Positions 45,403-53,366 of a stretch of 55,133 nucleotides of DNA are shown piece after piece. Both the position numbers and the translations under genes were made by a program. The notes beneath the pieces were generated by a model that ran no database searches, was not told where the DNA came from, and was given only the letters and a program-made list of their open reading frames with translations. This DNA is from Candidatus Iainarchaeum sp. (GTDB lineage Archaea; Iainarchaeota; Iainarchaeia; Iainarchaeales; JAFGBZ01). The DNA is taken from the NCBI GenBank assembly GCA_016932875.1, contig JAFGBZ010000021.1, positions 1 through 55,133 of the forward strand. Reading direction: 5' to 3'. The first letter of the stretch is position 1. The number at the start of each line of letters is the position of its first letter.

Positions 45403-46023
45403 ATGGGCGATACAAGGAAACCAAAAAAACAATATGAAACCCCAAGAAAACGATGGGACAAAAACAGAATTGACTCAGAAAGAAAAGTAAAAAACAATTA
45501 CGGGCTTAAAAATAAAAAAGAATTAAGAAGAATAGAATTAATTATTAAAAAGAAAAGAGAAAATGCAAAAAAACTTCTTGCACTTACAACAGACCAAAGA
45601 AAAGAACGCGAACAAGAACTTCTTTCAAGCCTTGAAAGATTAGGAGTGCTTCCAAAAAACAGTTCTCTTTCAGATGTGCTTGGATTAACAGTAACAGAAT
45701 TTCTTGAAAGAAGATTTGAAACACTTGCATGGAGAAAAAATTTTGCATCAACACCAAAACAAGCAAGACAATTCATTACTCATGGACACTTAATGATTGA
45801 CGGACAAAAAATAACTGCACCAGGATATTTAGTAAAAAAAGAAGAAGAAAACAAAATTCAATGGGCAAAAAAACCATTAGAATTACAGCCTAAATTAAAA
45901 AAAGAAATAAAAAAAGAATTTGAAGAAGCAAAACCAAAAGAACAAAGCCAAAAAGAAAAATTTGAAGAAGCAAAACCTGAAGCAGAAAATACTGAACCAG
46001 AAAAAGAAGGAAAAGGTGAATAA
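45403..46023 (+). CDS. rps4: Ribosomal protein uS4 with a Lys/Glu-rich C-terminal tail
   Basis: KKQYETPRKRWDKNRIDSE...YGLKNKKELRRIE and QARQFITHGHLMIDGQKI. The tail contains a 17-nt repeat (45919-45935 and 45961-45977) encoding FEEAKP. Confidence 0.9.
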   Translation: MGDTRKPKKQYETPRKRWDKNRIDSERKVKNNYGLKNKKELRRIELIIKKKRENAKKLLALTTDQRKEREQELLSSLERLGVLPKNSSLSDVLGLTVTEFLERRFETLAWRKNFASTPKQARQFITHGHLMIDGQKITAPGYLVKKEEENKIQWAKKPLELQPKLKKEIKKEFEEAKPKEQSQKEKFEEAKPEAENTEPEKEGKGE

Positions 46024-46500
46024 ATGGGATCACAAAGAATAAAAGACGAAGCACCAATTGAATTCAAAGACATTAAAAAACCTAAAGCACTGGAAGAAAG
46101 TGAAAGAAAAAAAGAAAAAGCAAAACAAGGAATAATTCATATTTATGCTTCACACAATAATACAATAATGCTTTTAACAGATGTTACAGGCGCAGAAACA
46201 ATTGCTAAATGTTCAGGCGGAATGGTTGTAAAAGCACAGCACAAAGAAGGAAGCCCTTATGCTGCAATGAAAGTAGCAGAAATACTTGTAGAAAAAGCAA
46301 GAGAAAGAAATATTGATGAAGTTTTTGTAAAAATCCGCGGGCAAGGAGGAATACGCCCGAAATCACCAGGACAAGGAGCAGAAGCAGCAATAGTTTCATT
46401 AACAAGAAACGGAATAAGAATAATAGGAATACAAAATGTTACTCCAGTACCACATGACGGATGCAGAAGAAAAAAAAGACACAGAAGCAAAAAAAATTAA
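46024..46500 (+). CDS. rps11: Ribosomal protein uS11
   Basis: GIIHIYASHNNTIMLLTDVTGAETIAKCSGGMVVK...PYAAM. Confidence 0.92.
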   Translation: MGSQRIKDEAPIEFKDIKKPKALEESERKKEKAKQGIIHIYASHNNTIMLLTDVTGAETIAKCSGGMVVKAQHKEGSPYAAMKVAEILVEKARERNIDEVFVKIRGQGGIRPKSPGQGAEAAIVSLTRNGIRIIGIQNVTPVPHDGCRRKKRHRSKKN

Positions 46501-46509
46501 GGTGAAATA

Positions 46510-47256
46510 ATGGAAATAAAAAAATTAAGTTCAGGAAAAAATTCAGTTGATTTGCTGATAAAAGACAGCAACTATGCATTTGTTAATGCAATAAGAAGAA
46601 CAATAATGAATTCAATTCCTGTTCTTGCAGCAGAAAATATAATTATTTATGAAAATTCATCAGTTTTATTCGATGAATTTTTAGGACAAAGAATTGCAAT
46701 GCTTCCAATTAAAACAGATACAAAAAGATACAAAGAAGGAGAAACAGTAAAATTAGTTCTTGAAACAGAAGGCCCAGGAACAGTTTACTCAAAAGACATT
46801 AAATCAACAGACCCTAACTGTGAAATAGCAGAAGGAAATATTCCATTAGCAAAATTAAAAGAAGGACAAAAAATAAAACTTGAAATAGAAGCAGTAATGG
46901 GAAAAGGAAAAGATCATGTAAAATGGCAGCCAGCAAATGCCTATTACAGAAATATAGCAAAAATTTCAACAAAAGCAGGAAAAGAACAACTCAAAAAAAT
47001 AGTTGAATCATGCCCTAAAAATATTCTTGAAATAAAATCAGACAAACTTGTTTTCGCAGATGCATACAAATGCGATTTATGCGGAAAATGCAGAGATGCA
47101 AGCAATAATGAAGTAAATTTAAGCTATGATGAAAATTCATTTATTTTTACAATAGAAAACCATGGAAATATTTCAGCAGAAGAAATATTTTCAGGCGCAG
47201 TAAAAGAAATAAAAAACAAACTAGAGGAGTTAAAAAAAGAAATTAAAAAAATATAA
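46510..47256 (+). CDS. rpoD: RNA polymerase subunit D (Rpo3), retaining a 4-Cys Fe-S-type motif
   Basis: FVNAIRRTIMNSIPVLAAENIIIYENSSVLFDEFLGQRIAMLPIK. The Cys pattern is C-x19-C-x2-C-x2-C (CPKN...KCDLCGKC). Confidence 0.9.
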   Translation: MEIKKLSSGKNSVDLLIKDSNYAFVNAIRRTIMNSIPVLAAENIIIYENSSVLFDEFLGQRIAMLPIKTDTKRYKEGETVKLVLETEGPGTVYSKDIKSTDPNCEIAEGNIPLAKLKEGQKIKLEIEAVMGKGKDHVKWQPANAYYRNIAKISTKAGKEQLKKIVESCPKNILEIKSDKLVFADAYKCDLCGKCRDASNNEVNLSYDENSFIFTIENHGNISAEEIFSGAVKEIKNKLEELKKEIKKI

Positions 47257-47264
47257 TGCTTACC

Positions 47265-47442
47265 GCGGAGGTACCCAAGCGGTCAACGGGGCAGGACTTA
47301 AGCGAGCTTTTCTTTTAAAAAAAGAAAAGCTACGTTCGCAAAAGAAAAAATTTAAAAAAAAGAACGTCAGGGAAAAATTAGGACCCTTGAGAAGAGATCC
47401 TGTGGCTTAGTGCCTTCGGGAGTTCAAATCTTCCCCTCCGCA
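47265..47442 (+). tRNA. tRNA-Leu (anticodon UAA) with a 94-nt intron at the canonical 37/38 position (intron 47303-47396)
   Basis: Hand-folded. Acceptor GCGGAGG/CCTCCGC plus discriminator A. D-arm CCC..GGG. Anticodon stem CAGGA/TCCTG with loop CT-TAA-G[intron]A. Long variable arm TGGCTTAGTGCCTTC. T-arm GGGAG-TTCAAAT-CTTCC. No encoded CCA. Confidence 0.85.
47305..47350 (+). repeat. Copy C of the palindromic element, inside the tRNA-Leu intron
   Basis: AGCTTTTCTTTT-AAA-AAAAGAAAAGCT (47305-47331, identical to copy A), then ACGTTCGCAAAAGAAAAAA. Begins 2 nt after the 5' splice site. Confidence 0.85.
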
Positions 47443-47445
47443 TCG

Positions 47446-47509
47446 AGCTTTCTTTTAGAAAAAGAAAGCTACGTTCGCAAAGAAAAAAGTTTTTTGCTTT
47501 GCAAAAAAG
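47446..47509 (+). repeat. Copy D of the palindromic element, 3 nt after the tRNA-Leu 3' end
   Basis: AGCTTTCTTTT-AGA-AAAAGAAAGCT (47446-47470), then ACGTTCGCAAAGAAAAAAGTTTTTTGCTTTGCAAAAAAG. A further GTTGCAAGAAAAGAAG box lies at 47529-47544. Confidence 0.8.
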
Positions 47510-47551
47510 AATTAAAAAATAAAAAAAAGTTGCAAGAAAAGAAGTGATGAA

Positions 47552-47908
47552 ATGAATAAAAAGAAAACAACAAAAGAATTAATCCAAATATTAGAAAAAA
47601 AAGCAGAAAAAGGAAAGAATAACATTTATTCAGCTTTAGCTAAAATTCTTTCAAAGCCAAGAAAAAGCATTGCAAAAGTAAATTTATGGAAATTAAGCAA
47701 AATAGCTGAAAAAAACACAGGAAAAACATTAATTGTATGCGGAAAAATACTTGCAACAGGAAATGCTTCAGCAAAAATAAATGCATATGCATTTGAATTT
47801 TCTGAAAATGCAGCAAAAAAAATAAATGAAGCAAAAGGAAAAATAAATTTAATTGAAGAATTATTTAAAGAAAAAATCAAGGAAGAAAAACTTTTACTGG
47901 TGAAATAA
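47552..47908 (+). CDS. rpl18e: Ribosomal protein eL18
   Basis: ELIQILEKKAEKGKNNIYSALAKILSKPRKSIAKVNLWKLSKIA. Confidence 0.88.
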   Translation: MNKKKTTKELIQILEKKAEKGKNNIYSALAKILSKPRKSIAKVNLWKLSKIAEKNTGKTLIVCGKILATGNASAKINAYAFEFSENAAKKINEAKGKINLIEELFKEKIKEEKLLLVK

Positions 47909-48334
47909 ATGGTTGTAATTGACGGAAACGAATTAGTAATGGGACGCGCCTGCTCGGAAATCGCCAAAATACTTTCAAAAGGAGCAAAAGTTGATTTAAT
48001 TAATTCAGAAAAAATAATTATTTTAGGAACAAAAAAAGACATTTTTGCAAAATACACTGTACGCAGAAATATGAAAGGAAAAGGAAACCCTGAAATAGGC
48101 CCTAAATTTCCAAGAACAACTCAAGGAATATTTAAAAGAAGCTTAAGAGGAATGCTTCCAAAAACAGCAAGAGGAAGAGAAATGCTGAAAAAATTTAAAG
48201 CATATACAGGAATTCCAAAAGAATTTGAAGGAAAAGAAAAAAAAGAATTAATGCATTCAAAAGCAAATTCACTTCATAAATTTATTACATTAAAAGAATT
48301 AAGTTCACTTCTGGGGGCAAAACAATATGAGTAA
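47909..48334 (+). CDS. rpl13: Ribosomal protein uL13
   Basis: VVIDGNELVMGRACSEIAKIL and ...RGMLPKTARGREMLKKFKAY. Confidence 0.92.
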   Translation: MVVIDGNELVMGRACSEIAKILSKGAKVDLINSEKIIILGTKKDIFAKYTVRRNMKGKGNPEIGPKFPRTTQGIFKRSLRGMLPKTARGREMLKKFKAYTGIPKEFEGKEKKELMHSKANSLHKFITLKELSSLLGAKQYE

Positions 48335-48749
48335 GAAAAAAGGAAAAGGCTCTACAACAAAAGCAAAAAAGAAATGCGCAGTAGCAAGAGCAAGAGTAAC
48401 AAAATCAAAAACAGATGAAACAAAAATAAGAATAAACAATAAACCAGTTGAACTAATTCAGCCAATTGCACTTAAAAGAATGGTTTATGAACCAATAGAA
48501 TTAGCAGGAGAAAGCGCCAAAGGATTAGACATTAATGTAACAGTTAAAGGCGGAGGATTTGTATCACAAGCAATTGCAGCAAGAGGCGCAATAGCAAAAT
48601 CAATTGTTGAATACAGACATAATGATACATTAAAAGAAAAAATGCTTGCTTATGACAGACTTTTACTGGTAGATAATCCAAGAAGAGTTGAATCCAAGAA
48701 ACAGCTTGGACCAAAAGCAAGAAAAAAGAAACAAAAAAGCAAGAGGTAA
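48327..48749 (+). CDS. rps9: Ribosomal protein uS9
   Basis: [22 protein letters not shown] and ...[25 protein letters not shown]. Confidence 0.92.
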   Translation: MSKKKGKGSTTKAKKKCAVARARVTKSKTDETKIRINNKPVELIQPIALKRMVYEPIELAGESAKGLDINVTVKGGGFVSQAIAARGAIAKSIVEYRHNDTLKEKMLAYDRLLLVDNPRRVESKKQLGPKARKKKQKSKR

Positions 48750-48754
48750 ATAAA

Positions 48755-48946
48755 ATGATTACGCCAATAAGATGTTTTTCATGCGGAAATTTGATAGGAA
48801 ATAAAGCAGAAGAATTCGCTGAACGCATTAAAAAAGAAGATCCAAAAAAAGTACTTGATGAATTAGGAATAAAAAAATCCTGCTGTAGAAGAATGCTTTT
48901 AAGCCACGTGGAATTAATTGATGACGTGATGAAATACGATATGTGA
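48755..48946 (+). CDS. rpoN: RNA polymerase subunit N (Rpo10)
   Basis: [15 protein letters not shown]...[14 protein letters not shown]. Confidence 0.9.
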   Translation: MITPIRCFSCGNLIGNKAEEFAERIKKEDPKKVLDELGIKKSCCRRMLLSHVELIDDVMKYDM

Positions 48947-48955
48947 GGGACTTAA

Positions 48956-49660
48956 ATGACTAAAAAACCAGAAACAAATCCAGAAGAAAACATGCTTGTT
49001 TTAACAGAAAAATACCTTAAAACAGGAAGCCACATAGGAACAAAATTCAAGTCAGGAGACATGAAAAAATTCATTTTCAAAACAAGAAAAGACGGATTAA
49101 AAGTACTTGACATACCAGTAATAGATGAAAGAATAAAAATTGCAGCAAAATTCATTGCAAAACACACTGATAAACCAGAAGAAATAGTTGTTGTTTCAAG
49201 AAAACTTTACGGACACACTCCATCACAACAATTTGCAAAATTAATCGGCGCACATTTTATTACAGGAAGATTTGTTCCAGGAACATTCACTAATTCAAGC
49301 TCCCGCAGATTCATTGAACCAAAAATGATTATTATAACAGAACCAGAATCAGACGGACAAGCAATAAAAGAAGCAAACATAATCAGAGTACCAGTAATAG
49401 CTTTATGCAGTACAAACAATTCATTCAAGGATACTGATTTAGTTATTCCAGTAAATAATAAAGGAAGAAAAAGTTTAGCTTTAGTTTACTGGCTTCTTGC
49501 AAGAGAATACTTTAAAGAAAAAGGAATTCAAATAAATGAAAAAGACTTTGAAGAAAAACTTGAATTATTTGAACAACAAGTAAAAGAAGTAAAAGAAAGA
49601 CCACAACAAGAACAACGCCCAAGACATTTCAGAGGAAGAAAACCACAAAGAAGAGACTAA
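48956..49660 (+). CDS. rps2: Ribosomal protein uS2
   Basis: YLKTGSHIGTKFKSGDMKKFIFKTRKDGLKVLDI and ITEPESDGQAIKEANIIRVPVIALCSTNN. Confidence 0.92.
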   Translation: MTKKPETNPEENMLVLTEKYLKTGSHIGTKFKSGDMKKFIFKTRKDGLKVLDIPVIDERIKIAAKFIAKHTDKPEEIVVVSRKLYGHTPSQQFAKLIGAHFITGRFVPGTFTNSSSRRFIEPKMIIITEPESDGQAIKEANIIRVPVIALCSTNNSFKDTDLVIPVNNKGRKSLALVYWLLAREYFKEKGIQINEKDFEEKLELFEQQVKEVKERPQQEQRPRHFRGRKPQRRD

Positions 49661-49703
49661 CACCCGTCACGTCGGGCGATGGACATACTCTCCGAGCACA
49701 AGT

Positions 49704-49754
49704 GCACTGCTTCAGCAGTGCTTAATTAATTCCGCTTAACTTTTTTTATTTTTT
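49704..49754 (+). terminator. GC-rich 7-bp hairpin followed by T7 and T6 tracts after rps2
   Basis: GCACTGC-TTCA-GCAGTGC (49704-49721), then ...CTTAACTTTTTTTATTTTTT. Confidence 0.5.
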
Positions 49755-49832
49755 CAATTGCATTAACTGCTTCGCACCGGCAATTTACTCTCCAAATCTT
49801 TAAAAAGTACTCAAACCTTATTCTTCTGGTGG

Positions 49833-50675
49833 TTGGAATTGGAGAAAGAAAATGCTTTAGCCGTATTTGAAGGAAAAAAAATAAGAAAAACATGGCATAA
49901 AGAAGAATGGTTTTTTTCGGTTATTGATGTCATATGGGCGTTAACTGAAAGCAATAATCCAAGAAGATATTGGAGCGATTTAAAAATTAAATTAACTAAT
50001 GAAGGTGCATATGAGTTGTACGATAAAATCGTACAACTGAAACTTGTTTCTTCAGATAGAAAAAAATATGAAACTGACTGTGTTAACACTGAAAGTGCAT
50101 TCCGTTTAATTCAATCAATTCCTTCTCCTAAAGCTGAGCCATTCAAATTATGGCTTGCAAGAGTAGGATATGAAAGAGTGCAAGAAATAGAAAATCCTGA
50201 ATTAGCGCAGAACAGAGCAAAAGAATACTATGAACTAAAAGGATACCCTAAACCATGGATTGAAAAAAGATTAAGAGGAATTACAGTAAGACAAGAATTA
50301 ACAGATGAATGGAAAGAACGCGAAATCAAAGGAAATGAATTCGGAATTTTAACTGATGAAATTCATTCAGCAGCATTTGATGTAAACACTAAACAGCATA
50401 AAAAAATCAAAGGATTAAATGCGAAAAATAAAAACCAGAATTTACGCGATCATATGAATGATTTAGAACTAATTTTTTCAATGTTAGGTGAAAAGGTTGC
50501 AACAGAAATAACTAAAAAAGAAAACTCGCAAGGGATGAAAAAATGTAAAACTTCAGCTAAAAGAGGCGGTACTGTTGCAAAAAAAGCAAGAATTGAAACA
50601 GAAAAAGAACTAGGAAAACCAGTTGTTTCAAAAGAAAATTACCTGCATTTAAAAGAAAAGAAAAAATTAAATTAA
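49833..50675 (+). CDS. Bro-N domain / DinD-like (DNA-damage-inducible protein D family) protein
   Basis: N-terminal FEGKKIRKTWHKEEWFFSVIDVIWALTES resembles a Bro-N pattern. The C-terminal part (KGLNAKNKNQNLRDHMNDLELIF...AKRGGTVAKKARIETEKELGKPV) resembles E. coli DinD from memory. TTG start, so the exact start is uncertain. Confidence 0.6.
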   Translation: MELEKENALAVFEGKKIRKTWHKEEWFFSVIDVIWALTESNNPRRYWSDLKIKLTNEGAYELYDKIVQLKLVSSDRKKYETDCVNTESAFRLIQSIPSPKAEPFKLWLARVGYERVQEIENPELAQNRAKEYYELKGYPKPWIEKRLRGITVRQELTDEWKEREIKGNEFGILTDEIHSAAFDVNTKQHKKIKGLNAKNKNQNLRDHMNDLELIFSMLGEKVATEITKKENSQGMKKCKTSAKRGGTVAKKARIETEKELGKPVVSKENYLHLKEKKKLN

Positions 50676-50713
50676 ACCAAACAATTTAATTTAATTCAAT
50701 GCATTAATATTTC

Positions 50714-51508
50714 ATGCTCCGCGAATTAGCTGTTCAGGAAAGCTTTTATCCAAAAGGAAAAAAACTTGAATTAATGCTAAAAGAATTTTTTTTAAACACA
50801 AAAAAAGATTCATGCAATGCAGTTATTTGCCCGCATGCAGGATTAATTTATTCAGGAAAAACAGCAGCAAAAGCAATTACAGCACTAAAAAAAAGAAAAG
50901 TATACATAATATTGTGTCCTAATCATACTGGGATAGGAGAAAAAATAAGTATTTATCCTGAAGGAAAATGGATTAATCCATTAAATGAAAAAAAAAATAA
51001 AATTAATTCTTTTTTAGCTGAAAAATTAAAAGAAAAATTAAAAATTGATTTTGATGAATTAGCTCATATTGGAGAACATTCAATTGAAGTAATTCTTCCT
51101 TTTTTAAGTTATTTGAATTCAGATTATGAAATTGTTGCAATTGCTTTAGCAGAATATGATTATAAAAAATTAGCTGAACTGGGAAAAATTTTAAGTGAAT
51201 TATTTAATGAAAAAAAATTTTCTTTAATTGCTTCAAGTGATTTCACTCATTTTGAATCAGAAAAAAAAGCAAAAGAAACTGATTTCAAGGCAATTGAATT
51301 CATTAAAAAACTGGATTCAAAAGGATTTCATGAATTTGTAACTGAAAATAATGCTTCAATTTGCGGGTTTACAGGAATTACTGTTGCAATTGAATTTTCT
51401 AAAAGAATTGGCTTAAATAAAGCTGAATTAATTGAATATACTTCAAGCGCAGCAGTTACAAACGATAAAAACAATGTTGTTGCATATGCAGGAATAAAAT
51501 TTAAGTGA
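50714..51508 (+). CDS. Memo-like protein (AmmeMemoRadiSam system protein B family)
   Basis: FYPKGKKLELML..., VICPHAGLIYSGKTAAKA, ILCPNHTG, EHSIEVILPFL and SSDFTHF. Confidence 0.75.
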   Translation: MLRELAVQESFYPKGKKLELMLKEFFLNTKKDSCNAVICPHAGLIYSGKTAAKAITALKKRKVYIILCPNHTGIGEKISIYPEGKWINPLNEKKNKINSFLAEKLKEKLKIDFDELAHIGEHSIEVILPFLSYLNSDYEIVAIALAEYDYKKLAELGKILSELFNEKKFSLIASSDFTHFESEKKAKETDFKAIEFIKKLDSKGFHEFVTENNASICGFTGITVAIEFSKRIGLNKAELIEYTSSAAVTNDKNNVVAYAGIKFK

Positions 51509-51513
51509 AAAAA

Positions 51514-52209
51514 ATGGAAGTAAATAAAATTTACTGGATAACTCATCCTGCTTTTTATTTAAGCTGGACAACAGAAACATACAAAAAAAAAGATATTGAA
51601 AAATATTTTGAAAAAAGACTTTATCCTTTAATTGAACAAGCAAAAAAAGAAAACGCAGTAATTGTTTTTGTTTCAAGCCCAACATATTTTACATTAAATC
51701 CAGACAGAATAAAAAGAAACAATGAAATATCAGAACTTGAAAATGCATTTAAGAAAAAAATTAAAGAAGAACTTGGAAAAAAAGCGATAATCACCACAAG
51801 AAAAGAGCACATCGTTCCAGAACATGGGTTGGATTTAAATCCTGAATTAATAGCAAATGAAGTTAAAGCACGATTAAAAGAAAATAGATTTAAAACAAGC
51901 CATAAAACAGAAGTATATGGATTTGGAAGCGATTGGAGATATTGTTCTAGAGATTATCCTTTTTTATTTCGCGAAACAACAAAAATCAAAGGCGGTTTTC
52001 ACATCCCTGTTTGGGGCTCACTAATGAGTAAACCAAGTGAAGCAAATAAAGAAAAAAGATTGAATGCATTAAAACAAAGAAATTTATTCAGAGAATATCA
52101 AGATATTCCTAAATCAAGAGTTTATTCTCCTGAATCGCTTTCCCAAAACTATAAAGCCCGCAAAAATCACCAAAAATCAAAGAAACCAAAAGCCTTAAAA
52201 CCACGTTAA
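51514..52209 (+). CDS. Hypothetical protein, translationally coupled to the Memo-like gene
   Basis: ATG lies 5 nt after AGTGA, which overlaps the upstream stop codon. No family recognised. Basic C-terminal tail. Confidence 0.5.
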   Translation: MEVNKIYWITHPAFYLSWTTETYKKKDIEKYFEKRLYPLIEQAKKENAVIVFVSSPTYFTLNPDRIKRNNEISELENAFKKKIKEELGKKAIITTRKEHIVPEHGLDLNPELIANEVKARLKENRFKTSHKTEVYGFGSDWRYCSRDYPFLFRETTKIKGGFHIPVWGSLMSKPSEANKEKRLNALKQRNLFREYQDIPKSRVYSPESLSQNYKARKNHQKSKKPKALKPR

Positions 52210-52287
52210 AATGCTTTTAAATGCTTTTTTGAAGCAAAATAAGCAAAAAAAGGGCTTTTTCTTAATTTAATCACTGAAAGCAGTAAA

Positions 52288-52295
52288 TTTAAATA
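52288..52295 (+). promoter_or_regulatory. TATA box upstream of the TrmB-like regulator gene
   Basis: TTTAAATACTTGT, the same 13-mer as at 27366. Confidence 0.4.
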
Positions 52296-52355
52296 CTTGT
52301 CTTGTGCTAATATATAGTATATTAAAAATACGTCATTTTAGGCGGGTTGGCTTCA

Positions 52356-53099
52356 ATGAATGAAAAAAATATTAATCTTTTTATTGAAAGACTTGGTTTA
52401 ACTGAATATGAATCCAAGACTTTAACTGCATTATTTACTTTACGTGAAGCTGAAGCTCCTGAAATTTCAAGACATGCACAGGTTCCTAAAACCCGTGTTT
52501 ATGATGTATTGGATAAATTAACTAAAAATAATTTAATTATTGAAATTGCCGGACGCCCAAAAAAATATCGTTCAGTTGAACCTGACAGAGTTTTTGCTAA
52601 ATTAATTGAAGAAAAAAGAAAAGAATTAGGATTGCTTGAAGAAAAATCAAAAGAAATCACTGAATTATTAAGCGTTGCTGAAATTGATTCAAGCATTAAT
52701 GAAAAAGTAATGAAAGTAAAAGAAAAACAGGATTTTTTTAAAATTCTTTCACAGGAATTAGAGAAAGCAAATGATTCAGTTAATGCTTTTACAAATCATT
52801 CAAAAGATTATTATTCTTTAAAGGAATCAATTAAAGCTAATCCAAATAAATTAAATGTAAAAATTTTAGGAAAAAATTCAGTTGAAAACGCAAAAAATGC
52901 ATTGGAAATAACTTCTTTAGGCGGAAAAATCAAAGAAGCAGAACACGGAATGCATGCCTATGTAATTGATGATAAAAAAGTCATTATGGCTTTAAGTGAT
53001 TTCAATTTAGATAAACCAGAATATCACTTTACTATTTGGCCTGAAAACAAACCATTAGCAAACACATTAAACCACTATTTTGACAAATTCTGGGGATAA
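52356..53099 (+). CDS. TrmB-family transcriptional regulator
   Basis: LGLTEYESKTLTALFTLREAEAPEISRHAQVPKTRVYDVLDKLTKNNLI (wHTH of TrmB type). The start is ATG 52356 or TTG 52347. Confidence 0.7.
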   Translation: MNEKNINLFIERLGLTEYESKTLTALFTLREAEAPEISRHAQVPKTRVYDVLDKLTKNNLIIEIAGRPKKYRSVEPDRVFAKLIEEKRKELGLLEEKSKEITELLSVAEIDSSINEKVMKVKEKQDFFKILSQELEKANDSVNAFTNHSKDYYSLKESIKANPNKLNVKILGKNSVENAKNALEITSLGGKIKEAEHGMHAYVIDDKKVIMALSDFNLDKPEYHFTIWPENKPLANTLNHYFDKFWG

Positions 53100-53105
53100 T
53101 TTATT

Positions 53106-53366
53106 TTAGAGATATGCTTCATCGTGATGAACAAATTTATCAAAAATCACAGTATCTTCTTCTACTTTAAACATTAATACATAGCTTCCAATGTGAACTC
53201 TTTTGAATTCATTTAATGGTTTTCTTAAATTTTTAAAGTGATGGATTGTTTGTTTATCTAATTCTGCTATTTGAATTATTTTTTTTTGAAGCGCGTTGAA
53301 TAAAGAAATGTCTTTTTTCTTTAGTTTCTTCAAAGTGTCTTCTAAAGCAGAGACATCTATTTTCAA
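53106..53366 (-). CDS. RelE/ParE-superfamily toxin
   Basis: ...LRKPLNEFKRVHIGSYVLMFKVEEDTVIFDKFVHHDEAY. 86 aa, with a 4-nt overlap with the upstream ORF. Confidence 0.65.
   Translation of the reverse strand: MKIDVSALEDTLKKLKKKDISLFNALQKKIIQIAELDKQTIHHFKNLRKPLNEFKRVHIGSYVLMFKVEEDTVIFDKFVHHDEAYL

Noticed and set aside
47303-47396. Possibility that the tRNA-Leu intron hosts a C/D-box sRNA, as in some archaeal tRNA-Trp introns.
   Set aside because: I found no RUGAUGA (C box) or CUGA (D box) pair in the intron.
49661-49740. GC-rich spacer after rps2, considered as a tRNA or a tRNA 3'-fragment (att site).
   Set aside because: No acceptor/T-arm pattern is present on either strand. It is kept as a finding only as an unclassified structured spacer or terminator.
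52210-52287. Possible fifth, degenerate copy of the palindromic element downstream of ORF 51514-52209 (GGGCTTTTTCTTAATTTAA and AAGCAAAAAAAG strings).
   Set aside because: The sub-motifs occur in the opposite order and no perfect hairpin forms. The similarity is within what AT-rich, T-tract terminator regions give by chance.
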